Shown in pieces: positions 39,707 to 52,935 of a stretch of DNA of 64,000 bases (positions within the stretch are counted from its first letter, which is position 1; the number at the start of each line of letters is the position of its first letter). The notes beneath the pieces were generated by a model. The model made no database searches. It was given only the letters and a program-made list of their open reading frames with translations, and was not told the DNA's origin. Made by a program: the position numbers and the translations under genes. The stretch comes from the human T2T-CHM13v2.0 reference genome, Homo sapiens. The stretch lies in the NCBI RefSeq assembly GCF_009914755.1, contig NC_060927.1; one strand, given 5' to 3'.

Positions 39707-40168
39707 GTATAGGCTACATAATGTCTCCCCAAAGCTGTCTACATCCAAACCCTGGAAGCTGTGAATGTTTGTTATCTTACACAGCAAAAGGGACCTTGCA
39801 GATTTGGTTAAATTATGGATTTTGAGATAGGGATGGATTATCCAGGCAGACCAGTTGTAACTACAGGGAAGCAGAAGCATCATAGTCAGAAAAAGGAGAT
39901 GTGAGGATCAAAGCAGGGTTGGAGAGAGGTGCTTTGAAAATGGAGAAAGTGGGCACATGCCAAGGAATGCAGGTGGCCTCTAGAAGCTAGAAAAGGCGGG
40001 GGAATTCTCCCCTCAGAGCCTCGGGAAGGAACCAGTCTTGCTACTCGATTTTAGCCCCATAAAACTATTTTCAGATTTCCTACCTCCAAAATGGTAAGGG
40101 AATAAATTTATGTTGTTTTAAACCAGTAACTGCATAATGTGTTACAATAGCAATGGGAAACCTATACA
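39707..40168 (+). mobile_element. ERVL-MaLR LTR (MLT1C/D-like)
   Basis: ccaaggaatgcaggtggcctctagaagct...gttacaatagcaatgggaaacctataca. Confidence 0.85.
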
Positions 40169-40339
40169 AATGCCATAGCAAATTACGTTGGCTTCATCTT
40201 CAAAATGTAGCCAGAATCCGACCATTTTTCCCCAGTGCTGCTGTTAGCATTCGGGGCCAAGCCAGTTCCATTCCTTGCCTGGGCTGTTGCAATGGCCTGC
40301 ATATGGGTCTCCTTGTTTACCCTGACCACCCAGCCTTTT

Positions 40340-41520
<1,181 letters not shown>

Positions 41521-41751
41521 GAACTTTGATAGAAGTTACATTAGATTTTACCAGTATCCTCCTTAAATTCCTCCAATGGCTTAAAATGAAATCCATGGGT
41601 AACAGACCCTACATACTCTGGCTACTGATTACCTTCAGAAGTATCTTCTCCTTCTGGCTTATGTGCTGCAGCTATATTAGCCTTCTCTCTTGCCATTTGC
41701 TCAACAAATATTTATTGAATATTAACTATGGACCAATGTTCTATATTGGGG

Positions 41752-41955
41752 CTAGAACTGTGGACCATAAGCTAAATTGTGGGACTGTTTTTGTAAATAA
41801 AGTTTTATTGGAACACAGTGACTCCTATTTGTTTAAGTCTTTTCCATGGCTGCTTTGTGCTACAACAACAGAGTTGAGTAGAGGCCATACAGCCCCAAAG
41901 CCTAAGATATTTACTATTTGATCCTTTACAGAAAAAGTTTACCGACATTTCTTTT
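41752..41955 (+). mobile_element. hAT-Charlie MER58A-like
   Basis: tgtttttgtaaataaagttttattggaacacag...cctttacagaaaaagttt. Confidence 0.8.
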
Positions 41956-41959
41956 AGAT

Positions 41960-42285
41960 CAGTGCTGTCTGATACACACAGACACAGACACACACACACA
42001 CACACACACACACACATTGCAGATCACAATTTAAGTTTATAAAAAAGAGAAATACATTTTAATGATATATTTTATATAACCCAATATCTACCAAATATCA
42101 TTTTAACCCATAACCAGTATAACAAATTAGCAGTGAGTTATTTTACATTTTTCTTTTAATACTAAGCCCTTAAAATCCCATGTGTATTTTACACTTATGA
42201 TGTATTTTGAGGTGGGACAGCCATTTTTCAAGTGCTCAGTACCCACACATGGCTAGTAGCTACAATATTGGATGGTGCAGTTCTA
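41960..42285. mobile_element. hAT-Charlie MER33-like with internal (CA)n (41972-42016)
   Basis: cagtgctgtc...tttcaagtgctcagtacccacacatggctagtagctac. Confidence 0.7.
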
Positions 42286-42409
42286 GAAGTCACACAGCAG
42301 TGAGTAAAGCTGACCAAATTCCCTGCCGTCATGAAGCTAACATTCCTATGGGACAGAGAGACAATACACAAATAGGTAAAGTGGGTTTTAGGCCTGCTGG
42401 TGATAAGTG

Positions 42410-42685
42410 GTGCCCATGACTTCACAGAGAACAAACGGAAGCTTCATATTTAGAGAGACCCTCCTAGACTCTGCCTTGGCTGATTTTATCCCTCCCCTTG
42501 GCAGATTTTAATCTGTATGGCTTCCCTGTAATACAACATAACTATGAATACAACAGCTTTCCGTGAGCCCTGCTAGCAAGTTATGTAACCTGAGGGTGGT
42601 TTTGGGTGGTTTTCCCCCTAAATTGCAGTTGGTGTCAGAAGTGAGGGTGGTCTCTTGTGGGGACTGTTCTCTCTAACTGCACAGT
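42410..42685 (+). mobile_element. ERVL LTR fragment (MER21-like 3' half)
   Basis: gcagttggtgtcagaagtgagggtggtct...ggggactgtt. Confidence 0.65.
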
Positions 42686-43036
42686 TGGCTTAAACTCTTT
42701 GGGGAAGGGGATGTGTGAGTAAAGACCAGAAGGAAATGAGGGGACTGGCCAGGAATCTGTGGCCTGGGGCAGAGTAAGCAAAGGGGAGTGGAAGGAGATG
42801 CCTTCTTTACTCACTGCCATAGTTAAAACGCTTTACACATAGACCAAATGCTCATGCTTTAAAATTGTAGCATCAGGATTAAGGTTTAGGTTAACACTGA
42901 GGTTAGGGCAAGGGGCTGGAGACTAAGGTGAGTTTTAGTGTTTTGTTTGGTCTAGGATTAGAGTCGGGGTGCGGGCAGGGTTTAGGCTTTAGTGTTTAAT
43001 ATTCAGTGTTCAGACGTTTATAGTTAAGAGCAGTGC

Positions 43037-43705
43037 AGTCTCTTGGTACGCAGCTGTGAAGAGGACACTCCGCAGACTCGGTGCCCACCAGCGGCCTCCC
43101 CTGTGTCCCTGTGACCGTGGCGGCAAAGACGGACTCAGGAGTGCAAGTTGCTGATGAAGTATGTCACATTTTTTATGACATAAAAGTTCATAAATGCTCC
43201 ACATCAGAAGAAATCAAGAAAAGAAAGAAGACTGTCATTTTTTGTCTCAGTGCAGACAAAAAGTGCATCATTGTAGAAGAGGGCAAAGAGATCTCAGCTG
43301 GAGATATTGGTGTAACCATAACTGGTCCTTTCAAGCACTTTGTGGGAATGCTTCCTGAAAAAGATTGCTGCTATGCTTTATATGATGCAAGCTTTGAAAC
43401 GAAGAAATCCGGAAGAGTATTGTTTGTTTGTTTGTTTTTGTGGGCACCAGAACTACCACCTCTGAAAAGTAAAATGATCTTCACAAGCTGTAAGGATGCA
43501 ATCAAAAAGAAATTTCAAGCAAATGGACCAGAAGATCTCAACTGGGCTTGTATTGCTGAAAAGTTAGATGGGTACTTAATTGCAGCTTTTGAAGGATGCT
43601 CTGTGTAGGCCATCATTCAGTGCCACAAATGGAAAGCTTCCATGTTTAATGTTATCCGCTTGCTATATAAATAAAGCAAACATATGTTTTTAAAAAAGAG
43701 AAAAC
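43037..43705 (+). pseudogene. DSTNP4: Destrin (actin depolymerizing factor) processed pseudogene, probably DSTNP4
   Basis: Intronless DSTN-like frame SGVQVADEVC...EEIKKRKK...LWAPE...AFEGC (43129-43608); ATG mutated to ACG; 21-nt deletion; AATAAA 43670-43675; A-rich tail; TSD aagagcagtgc / aagagtagtgc. Symbol number from recall. Confidence 0.9.
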
Positions 43706-44314
43706 AAGAGTAGTGCTCAGATAGAATGTGTAGCTCATGGAATTCAGTACTGGGAGTCATGTTTAGTTCCTGGTGTGTGCATTTGCTAAACAGGATTCCA
43801 CTAAACAGCCAAGGATACATACCCTCTTTTAATTAAATAATAGAAGCCACATGAGCATTGTCTTAGAGTTTGGGGAGAAAATGTGTAACCCTAGAAATTA
43901 TGCCCATTCGTGTATTATCAATGTGTACAAGTCACAGAAAGACATTTTGGAAAGTATATTGCCCAGGAACTTTTTCTGAAAAGGGTGATATGGCTGAAAG
44001 GATTCAGCCAAAAGAAAACTAAATTCAAGTAAAATAAATTAAAAATAAAACGAAGAGAGCTTCTATAATAAAGAAGCATTTTCTGTGAAGAGGCATTTAT
44101 GTAACTATTGATAACAATGAAACCCAGTTATAAATAGTTAAATCTAAATATTTCTGATAATATGAAAAAGAAAGAGGTTTGATGTGAAAAATTAGTAAGG
44201 AATTAAACATACATATTTTTCCAACACTTCGAGTCATATGGGGGGAGAAGTTACAGTGTCCAGAATTTTGATGATCTGAGAGGTAAAGAGTTATTTAAAC
44301 AAAAATAGTTGTTA

Positions 44315-44600
44315 GGCTGGGCACAGTGGCTCACGCCTGTAATCCCAACACTTTGGGAGGCTGAGGTGGGTGGATCACTTGAGGTCAGGAGTTCGAGACC
44401 AGCCTGGCCAACATGGTGAAACCCCGCCTCTACTAAAAATACAAAAATTGGTTGGGCATGGTGGTGCGTGCCTGTAATCCCAGCTACTCAGGTGGCTGAG
44501 GGATGAGAATCACTTGAATGCGGGAGGGAGGTTGCGTGAGCAGAGATTGCGCCACTGCAATCCAGACTGGGTGACAGAGCAAGACTCTGTTTCAAAAGAA
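44315..44600 (+). mobile_element. AluS-family SINE
   Basis: Full dimer; TSD aaatagttgt / aaacagttgt. Confidence 0.9.
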
Positions 44601-45742
44601 ACAGTTGTGGAAGTGATAAATGCACAAGGTAAAGACATTTGAACCTGAGAAAAGGCGTGCAATTAAGAGTAATGAAAGGTAAACCTTCATCCTGGGCTTT
44701 CCCTTCATTGCTCTTCTGAGATGGATTCACTCTTTCCTGCCCTTGTCTTTCTTTGATTTCCTTATTTTGTTGGAACACATCCTAAATACGATGAAAGGTA
44801 TGTTTATTCTACCATTTTGCTGTATTGGTGATTGAGCTAGGTCTAGAATTCTAGAACTTTAAAGGCTTGCTTTTTATTTTCCAGCCCCCAGGATTGCTGA
44901 TGGCATTCTGACACCTTTTTGTGTGTGTGTGTGACAGCTTTTACTGCTGTTATCATTTTTGTGTGTGTGCCTGAAGACTTTAAGATTGCCTCTTCATTTT
45001 TGGTGTTCTGAAACTTGACCATGACGTGTCTGGTTGTAGGTCTTTTTTCCATTCAGCCTATTTAGTAATTGGGGAGGGGAGCTTTGAGTGTCTTCAGTCA
45101 CCTATGTGAATTAACCCAGCCCTTTTTCTTCAAATATAAATGGGCCACCATGGACCACCAGACATTTCTGCAAAACCAACAGTAAAATTGAGAAGGACTA
45201 AGATGAACAAACAGGAAAAAAAAAAAAAACAGATAGCATTAAGGGAACTGAAAGTTGTAAAGTGCTGACTGGTCTCTCTCTCTAAATCCATGACCACTGA
45301 AACCTCAAGTAGCTCAGAGTGCTGCTCAGCAGCTGTTCTTCTTTCCCCATTCCATCTGCTCCCCTAGGCGATGCCTTTATAGCTTACCTCTTTCAGACCT
45401 CCAGTGCAGTCTCCCCATGCCACCTCAGCTGATTACCTTGCTCCTTACTTTCTTGAGAATTAGAAGTGCCAGAAGAGAATTTTCATGAGCTCCCATTGCC
45501 AGATCCACTCAGTCTCCTGACCCAGTACCCACATGCCTTGTCTTCCTTCCTATTTGTGTGCAGTAATTGTCTCTACTCTTAGCTCAGGCTGGCTCTTTCC
45601 CTGAAGCCCTAGATCCTAACCTCTCTCCGCTTCTTAAGAACATGGCTTCACCATTCTCTGCCTTCTCTCCTGAATCATCATTTCTCCCCTCTCTACTGTA
45701 TTATTCCCATCTGCAAACATGCTGTTATTTTTCACATCTTAA

Positions 45743-46101
<359 letters not shown>

Positions 46102-46833
46102 CCCCATTCTCCTTTAATCAAGATTTTGCCCCCACCACTCTACCCAAACAAATCTTGTCAAGTTCAACAATGACCTCCTTATAACTAGACCCAAAGGTCA
46201 ATTTGCAGGCCCCAGATTCCACTGGATGCAGGGAATCATGCCACCTACCTTGAAGCACCATCTTTACTTGGCTTCCAGGACCCCTGCACTCTCCTGGTTT
46301 GCCTCTGATCTCACTGGCAGCTCCTTCTCACTCTCTATTGGTGGTTCTCCCTCCACTGTCCACCCTCCTAATATTGGGATCTCCAGGACTCAGTTCTTGA
46401 TCTATTCTCTTCTTTATCTACACTTCATGAATTTCTTTTTAAAGTCCATGTATATATAATATCTATAATCCTAACTTCTTTCCTCTGATCTCAAGGCTCA
46501 TGTATTTCACTGCCTTGTAACATCCCCTTTTGGATCATAGGCATCTTATGCTTAGAAAGTCCCAAATTGAGCTCTTGACCTACCCCTTACCTCCAAAATA
46601 GCTTCTTCCACAGTCCCCCTCATCCCTCAGTAAATGCTAATTCAGGTCTCCTAGTACTCAATCTGAGAACACAGGAATCTTCTCTTTTCCTCACTTGACA
46701 CATCCCATGCATTATGTATTATATAAAACTTACCCATTATATATCCAGAATCTGACATCTCATAATCATCTCCATTTAGCTGGTCCAAGCTATCATCGTT
46801 TCACACCAGAACCTTCTGAAATAGTCTCCTAAC

Positions 46834-46945
46834 CAGAGTAGCCAGCTTGTCACAGTTTGCCTGGTACTTTCCCAGTTTTTGCACTGAAAGTCCAGTCTCA
46901 GGAAATCCCTCAGCCCTGGGCAAACCAGGATTATTGATTATCCTA
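46834..46945 (-). mobile_element. hAT-Blackjack MITE (MER81-like)
   Basis: cccagtttttgcactgaaagtcc...ctgggcaaaccagg; degenerate 8-bp TSD. Confidence 0.7.
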
Positions 46946-47469
46946 CTTCCAACTGGAATCTTCTCTTCTTCCGTTGCCTCCTTACAGTCTATTTTCAATA
47001 CAGCTAGGGTGATTCTTTTAAAATGCAAATTTTATTATGTCACTTCTCTGTTCAAAACCCTTCAATGGCTTCCTACCCAACTTAGAAAGAAAGCTATTGC
47101 TTTCAGTGGCCCACAAGACTATAGGATCCACAGGCTTGTAGGAAAAGATGGAGAATTCAGCTTTGAGCAGGCTGATATTGCAGTACTGTGGAATGTTCAA
47201 CTGGCAATGTCCAAAATTGAATGGAGTATCAAGAATATCTTCTGTTTGGAAAACAAAAATAGATTGCTATGGAAAAACTTGCAAGAAAGAATTCTAGGAA
47301 ATTAGAAATATTTGTTAAAATGAAAAAAATCAACGGTAGACCTGAAAGACAAAATTATAGATGCTCTGTCTGGTGATACTAATGATATATTCATAAGTAA
47401 TATGCATATGATATAGTTATATATTATGTAAGATAAAAATATATAAAATACATATAAATAAATTTATTA

Positions 47470-48730
47470 AAAAATACATTTGCAACATGATGCACCAAAT
47501 TCCCAAAATCTTCAGCATGCATCTTTCCAAACCAAGGACACTCTTCTACATAACCAGCATACAACTCTTCCAGTCAGGAAATAAGAAATCAGCTCTAACA
47601 CTAACATCTAATCCAAAGAATATATTCATATTTCGCCAGCTGTCCTAACAGTGTCTCTTTCCTGTCTAGGCCAGGATCACACTTTGTACTTCATACACAA
47701 GTCTCTTTAGTCTCTTTCAATCTGGAATAATTCCTTGGTCTCTCCCTGTTTTTCATGATCTCATTAGTTTGAAAGAGTGCAGACCTTTCAGTCTCTAGGA
47801 CGAAGCTCAGCCTGGTTCCACCAATGTTTCCTCAGGACTGGATTCACATTTGTGTTCTGGGAGTGCCGAAGCTCAGCCTGGTTCTACCCATATTTTGTCA
47901 GGACTGGGTTCACACATGTGTTCTTGGAGTGCCAAAGCTCAGCCTGGTTCCAGCAGTGTTTCCTCAGGACTGGGTTCACACATGTGTTCTGGGAGTGCTA
48001 TACGGAAGGGAGGCTGTCCTCTTCTCACTGCATCACACGAGGGGGCATACAACGTGGGCTTGTCCCTACACTGGTGATGTTCATCTTTAGCACCTGGTCA
48101 TTTTGTGTCAGGTTTCTCCACATTAACTCATCAATTTTCTATTTGTAATTGATGAACATTTTGTGGGAAGATATTCTCAAACTATGCCAATATCTTGTAT
48201 CCCATTAAATCTCCACTAACTTGACTTAGTAGTTATTGATTACTTTTGCCTGAATTAACCACCATTATGGCGGTTGTAAATGGTGGTTTATCCATTATCA
48301 TCATTCCTACGATATATATTAGCTGCTATGCTACTATAAGGAAGACATTTCCCTTTTCCTCCACTTACTTTTTTACTTTTTAAAAAAATTACTCATACTC
48401 AATCCTCTACTTATTTTTATTGACATAGACTCATGGATTCCTATTTTATTCAGCAGATTTAATCCATTACCATCAGTATTTATTTTAATATCAAATTATT
48501 CCAGATTTGGCTAGAGGATAACCATTGAAATTTGTACCTATGAGCTATAGACATGCCCCCATCATTCTTTGAGTAATTCTTTACTTTCTGGCACAAGAAA
48601 ATGTTTCAGGTTCATCTTGTAATTTCCCTGCCTTGGCCTCAGAATTACTTATTTCTACAAGAAGTGCTAGAGTTGAGAATGATATTTGGAGACTATAATC
48701 TAGGTACTTGGTTGCTTATTGCTTCTGGGC
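47470..48730 (-). mobile_element. Ancient L1 (L1MC-like) 3' region
   Basis: aaggacactcttctacataacc...gactcatggattcctattttattca...tttctggcacaaga...caggttcatcttgta. Confidence 0.7.
47802..47999. repeat. Tandem repeat, 3 x 66 bp
   Basis: Units start at 47802, 47868 and 47934 (aagctcagcctggttc...tcaggactgg.ttcaca...gtgttct.ggagtgc). Confidence 0.92.
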
Positions 48731-50312
48731 CTTCCTGCCTCATATTGGCGTAGGATGGGAAAGTCAGGAGCTGGGGACACCCTCCCTCTCTCAAGAGCAA
48801 AGTAATTTCTCAACTTTCATAGACCATAAGACTTACTCATCACTGCATCTCTCTGCATCCTCCTTCTTTTAATCAGCTTCTTTGCCTGCACGTGGGTCTC
48901 TGTGCCCATCAGCCTTGAGTCTGACCTGACTGCTGACCTGCCCACCATTATTGGCTACGGAGTCTGCAGTGCCCAAACTGTGAGAGCAATAATCTGCATG
49001 TCTCTGTCCAGTCTATAGATTGGTTCATCTTGGGCTTGGGTTCTACCTCTAGTCTAATCACTTTTTGTCAGGGCAGTTAGCAATGTTACAATAGTGGCTG
49101 GGACAGCCCTGACAGAGCTGTAGAGAAGATGGTGCAGTTTCTCTAGGGAGGAATGAGTCCTGTGGAGGACCCTGACTACATCTGCCACATTCTATAGTCA
49201 TACATTAGGTTCTTATAGAAAAGTTTTTAGATTTTCAGAAGTGAGGACATTTGGTAAAGGTTCTGTGTATCTGAATATTAAGGATCATTTTGGGTTCATG
49301 GATCAGTTATTGGGAAACACTGATCTAACTCCAGCACTTCAGTTTCTCGGATGAGTAAACTGAAGGCCAGAGAGAACAAGAGACTTGTCCTCATGTACAT
49401 GGCCTGTCAACAGCAGATCTGGGATTAGAACCAGGGCTGGCCATCCAGTGAGGCGAGAGAAACATCTAAGAAGCAAAATGTAAGGAAGCCCTCACCCTCA
49501 GGATCATGCAAGTGCCCTAGGGGCTTCCCTTGACTCACCCTAGGCCCAGCCCAGATTAGAACTCCAGGATCCTGCTTGCCAGGAGGGAGAGATCACAACT
49601 GGCTTGCGGTGTATGGGTAAGAGGGACTGATGGGGAGTTTTCCTGTGTTGCCACCTTCAGGGAGAAGGAAGTTCCTGAGGAAGGCTGGTTAAGCTAGTGT
49701 TCCCAAACTGAAGGATCCAGTAGCTTGGGATGGCTGCTCACTGGAGAAGCTTGAATTATCCTGCATGCACAGAGCACTGAGGCCCCTTCAGTCTGGGTGG
49801 AGAGTTCCTGGCCTGGGTTATCTTTAGCTGGTTGCTGAGAGTTGCAGCATTTCTCAGCCCTGGTGATGGACACTTCTGTTTTCCCCCGTCTCATAAAAAT
49901 AGACCTTCCCTCCAACCAGACCTGCCTTGTTAGATCTGTTCTTACATAGACAGGACGTGTGGGGTTTGTGCTTTTTTAGCCTCCAGTCTGGTGTCTGCTT
50001 CCTTCATGTGGAACTGCTTACTAAGAATTTTACCACAGGAGGATTTTAAGAAAGTAAATGTTGGCTTTGTTGTTGGTTGAGGTTAAAAACAAAACAAAAC
50101 AAAACAAAAACAACAACAACAACAACAAAACCATCAAGATAGTCAAAAGAAATAAAGGAGAGAAGAACAAAAGAGAAACAGCTGAACCATTTTGTGACCC
50201 TTTTTCTGCTACTGCCCTGGTCAAAGGCACAATTTGTTCTCACCTGGATTCCTGCTGCATCTCACCCTGATTTGGTGTGTGCTCAACAAGGCAGCTGTTA
50301 GCTAACATACAG

Positions 50313-52935
50313 ATTAGGCAAGAAAATGAAAATGAAATAAAAGGCATTCAGATTGGAAAGGAAGAAGTAAAACTACCTCTATTCACAGATTATATGATGA
50401 TGTGTATCCACTAAATCCACTGAGAAACTGTCAGAATTAATTAATGAGTTTAGCAAGGTTATAGGATATGCAGACAGTATGTAACAATCAATTTCTATAA
50501 CTTTGCAATGAACAATCCAGAAATGAAATTAAGGAAACAATATTTATAGTAGCATCAACTAGAATAAAACACTTAGGAATAAGGTTAACAAAAGAAGTGC
50601 AAAACTTATACTCTAAAAACTACAAAACAGTATTGAAAGAAATTAAAGAAAACTAAATAAATGGGAAGACATCCCATGTTCATAATCAGAAGAAAATAAA
50701 TATTGTCTCAAATACTTAATAAATATTAAGCATTAAAACAGCAATATTCCCCAAACTGATCTATAGATTCAATACAGTTCCTATCAGTATCCCAGATGAC
50801 TTTTTAATAGAAATTGACAAGCTGATCCTGAAAATTATATGGAAACTCAAGGAACCCAGAAGAGCCAAAAACAATCATAAAAAAGAAGAAAAAATTAGGA
50901 CTAATTCTTCCTAATTGCAAAACAATAATCAAGACAACATAGTACTTACTTAAGGATAGACACATAGATTAATAAAACAGAATTCAGAGTTCAGAAATAA
51001 CCCCATTTATCTATGGTTAGGTGAACTTTGACAAGGATGTCAAGACTATTCAATGGGGAAAAATGAGTCTTTTCAACAAATGGTGTTGGGATAACTGTAC
51101 AGCCCCATACAAAAGGATGAAATTGGACCCTTACATTGTGTATAAAGATTAAACCAAAGTGCATCAAAAACCAAAATGTAAGAGCCAGAATTATAAACTC
51201 TTAAAATATTGGTATAAGTTCTCATGACCTTGAATTTGGCAATGGATTCTTAGATATGACACCAAAAGCACAAACAACAAAAGAAAAAAAATTGGAGTTC
51301 ATAAAAATTAAAAACTTTTGTCTTTCAAAGGACACTACCAAGAAAGCAAAAAGACAACTGATAGAATGGGAGAAAATATTTGTAAATCTAGAAGATATAA
51401 AGACCATGTACAACTCAATATTGAAAGAACACACAACCCAATTAAAAAATGGGCAAAGGATCTGAATAGCCATTTCTCCTAAGACATGCAAGGGACCCCT
51501 AAGCACATAGAAAGATGCTCAACATCGGTAGTCATCAGGAAAATGTAAACCAAAACCACAGTGAGATAATACTTCACACTCACCATGAGGACTACAGTAA
51601 AAAAATCAGATAAGTGTTAGCAAGGATGTGGAGAAAGAACCTTCAAGTACTGCTGGTAGAAGTGTAAAATGGTTTAGCCACTTTGGAAAACAGTGACAGT
51701 TCAGCAAAATTTACACATAGTTACTGTTTGATCCACCAATTCACTCCTAGGTGTATACACAAGAGAAATGAAAACATGCTTCCACTCAAAGATTTTTACG
51801 TGAATGCTCATAACAGCATTCATAAAAGCCCAAAAGTCCATTAACTGATACATAGATAAATGTAGTATATTCATATAGTGAAATGTTATTTGGCCATAAA
51901 AAGGAATGAAGTACTAATACATGCTACAACATTGATAAATCTTGAAAATATTATTCCAAGTGAGAGCAGACAGTCACAAACGACCACATATTGTATGACT
52001 CCATTTATAGGAAATGCCAAGAATAGGCAAATATATAGAAACAAACAGAAAGTAGACTCCTAGTTGCTTAGACCTAGCAGGGGGAAGGGGTTGATGAGAA
52101 CACTGTGAAGTGCTGGCTAAGGGGTAGGGTGTTTCTTTTTGAGGTGACGAAAATATTTAAAAATTCACTGTGATGATGCTGCTGAGGCTGTGGAGAAATA
52201 GGAATGCTTTTACACTGTTGGTGGGAGTGTAAATTAGTTCAACCATTGTGGAAGACAGTGTGGTGATTCCTCAAGGATCTAGAACCAGAAATACCATTTG
52301 ACCCAGCAATCCTATTACTGGGTATATACCCAAAGGATTATAAATCATTCTACTATAAAGACACATGCACATGTATGTTTATTACAGCAGTATTTACAAT
52401 AGCAAAGACTTGGAACCAACCCAAATGCCCATCAATGATAGACTGGATAAAGAAAATGTGACACATATACACCATGGAATACTATGCAGCCATAAAAAAG
52501 AGTGAGTTCATGTCCTTTGCAGGGACATGGATGAAGCTGGAAACCATCATTACCAGCAAACCAACACAGGAACAGAAAAGCAAACACTGCATATTCCCAC
52601 TTGTAAGTGGGAGCTGAACAATGAGAACACATGGACACAGGGAGGGAAACATCACACACCGGGCCTGTTGGGGGGATAAGGAGCAAGGGGAGGGAGAGTA
52701 TTAGGACAAATACCTAATGCAAGCAGGGCTTAAAACCTAGATGACAGGTTGATAAGTGCAGCAAACCACCATGGCACATGTATACCTATGTAAGAAACCT
52801 ACATGTTCTGCACATATATCCCAGAACTTAAAGTAAAATTTAAAAAAAAATCACTGTTGTGATGGTGGCACAATTCTGAGAATGTACCCATTAAGTGTGA
52901 TATTATACTTTGTAAATGAGTGTATTGTATGGAAT
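50313..52935 (+). mobile_element. Old L1 (L1MB-like) ORF2/3'UTR, interrupted by an L1PA
   Basis: ORF2 remnants (ORF 51256-51465, MTPKAQTTKEK...IKIKNFC...). Confidence 0.88.
52175..52850 (+). mobile_element. 5'-truncated L1PA (PA7/PA8-like)
   Basis: Canonical L1PA 3' end (...cccagaacttaaagtaaaat + A tail); TSD-like aaa(a/t)tcactgt on both sides. Confidence 0.9.

Noticed and set aside
43081-43128. ORF-track start at 43081 as an N-terminal extension of the DSTN copy
   Set aside because: It is a GTG inside retrocopied 5'UTR; the homologous start position is the ACG at 43129
47802-47999. Repeat-spacer-like pattern suggesting a CRISPR-type array
   Set aside because: Variable cores are homologous to each other and only ~12 nt; human DNA inside an L1; no cas genes. 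It is a tandem duplication
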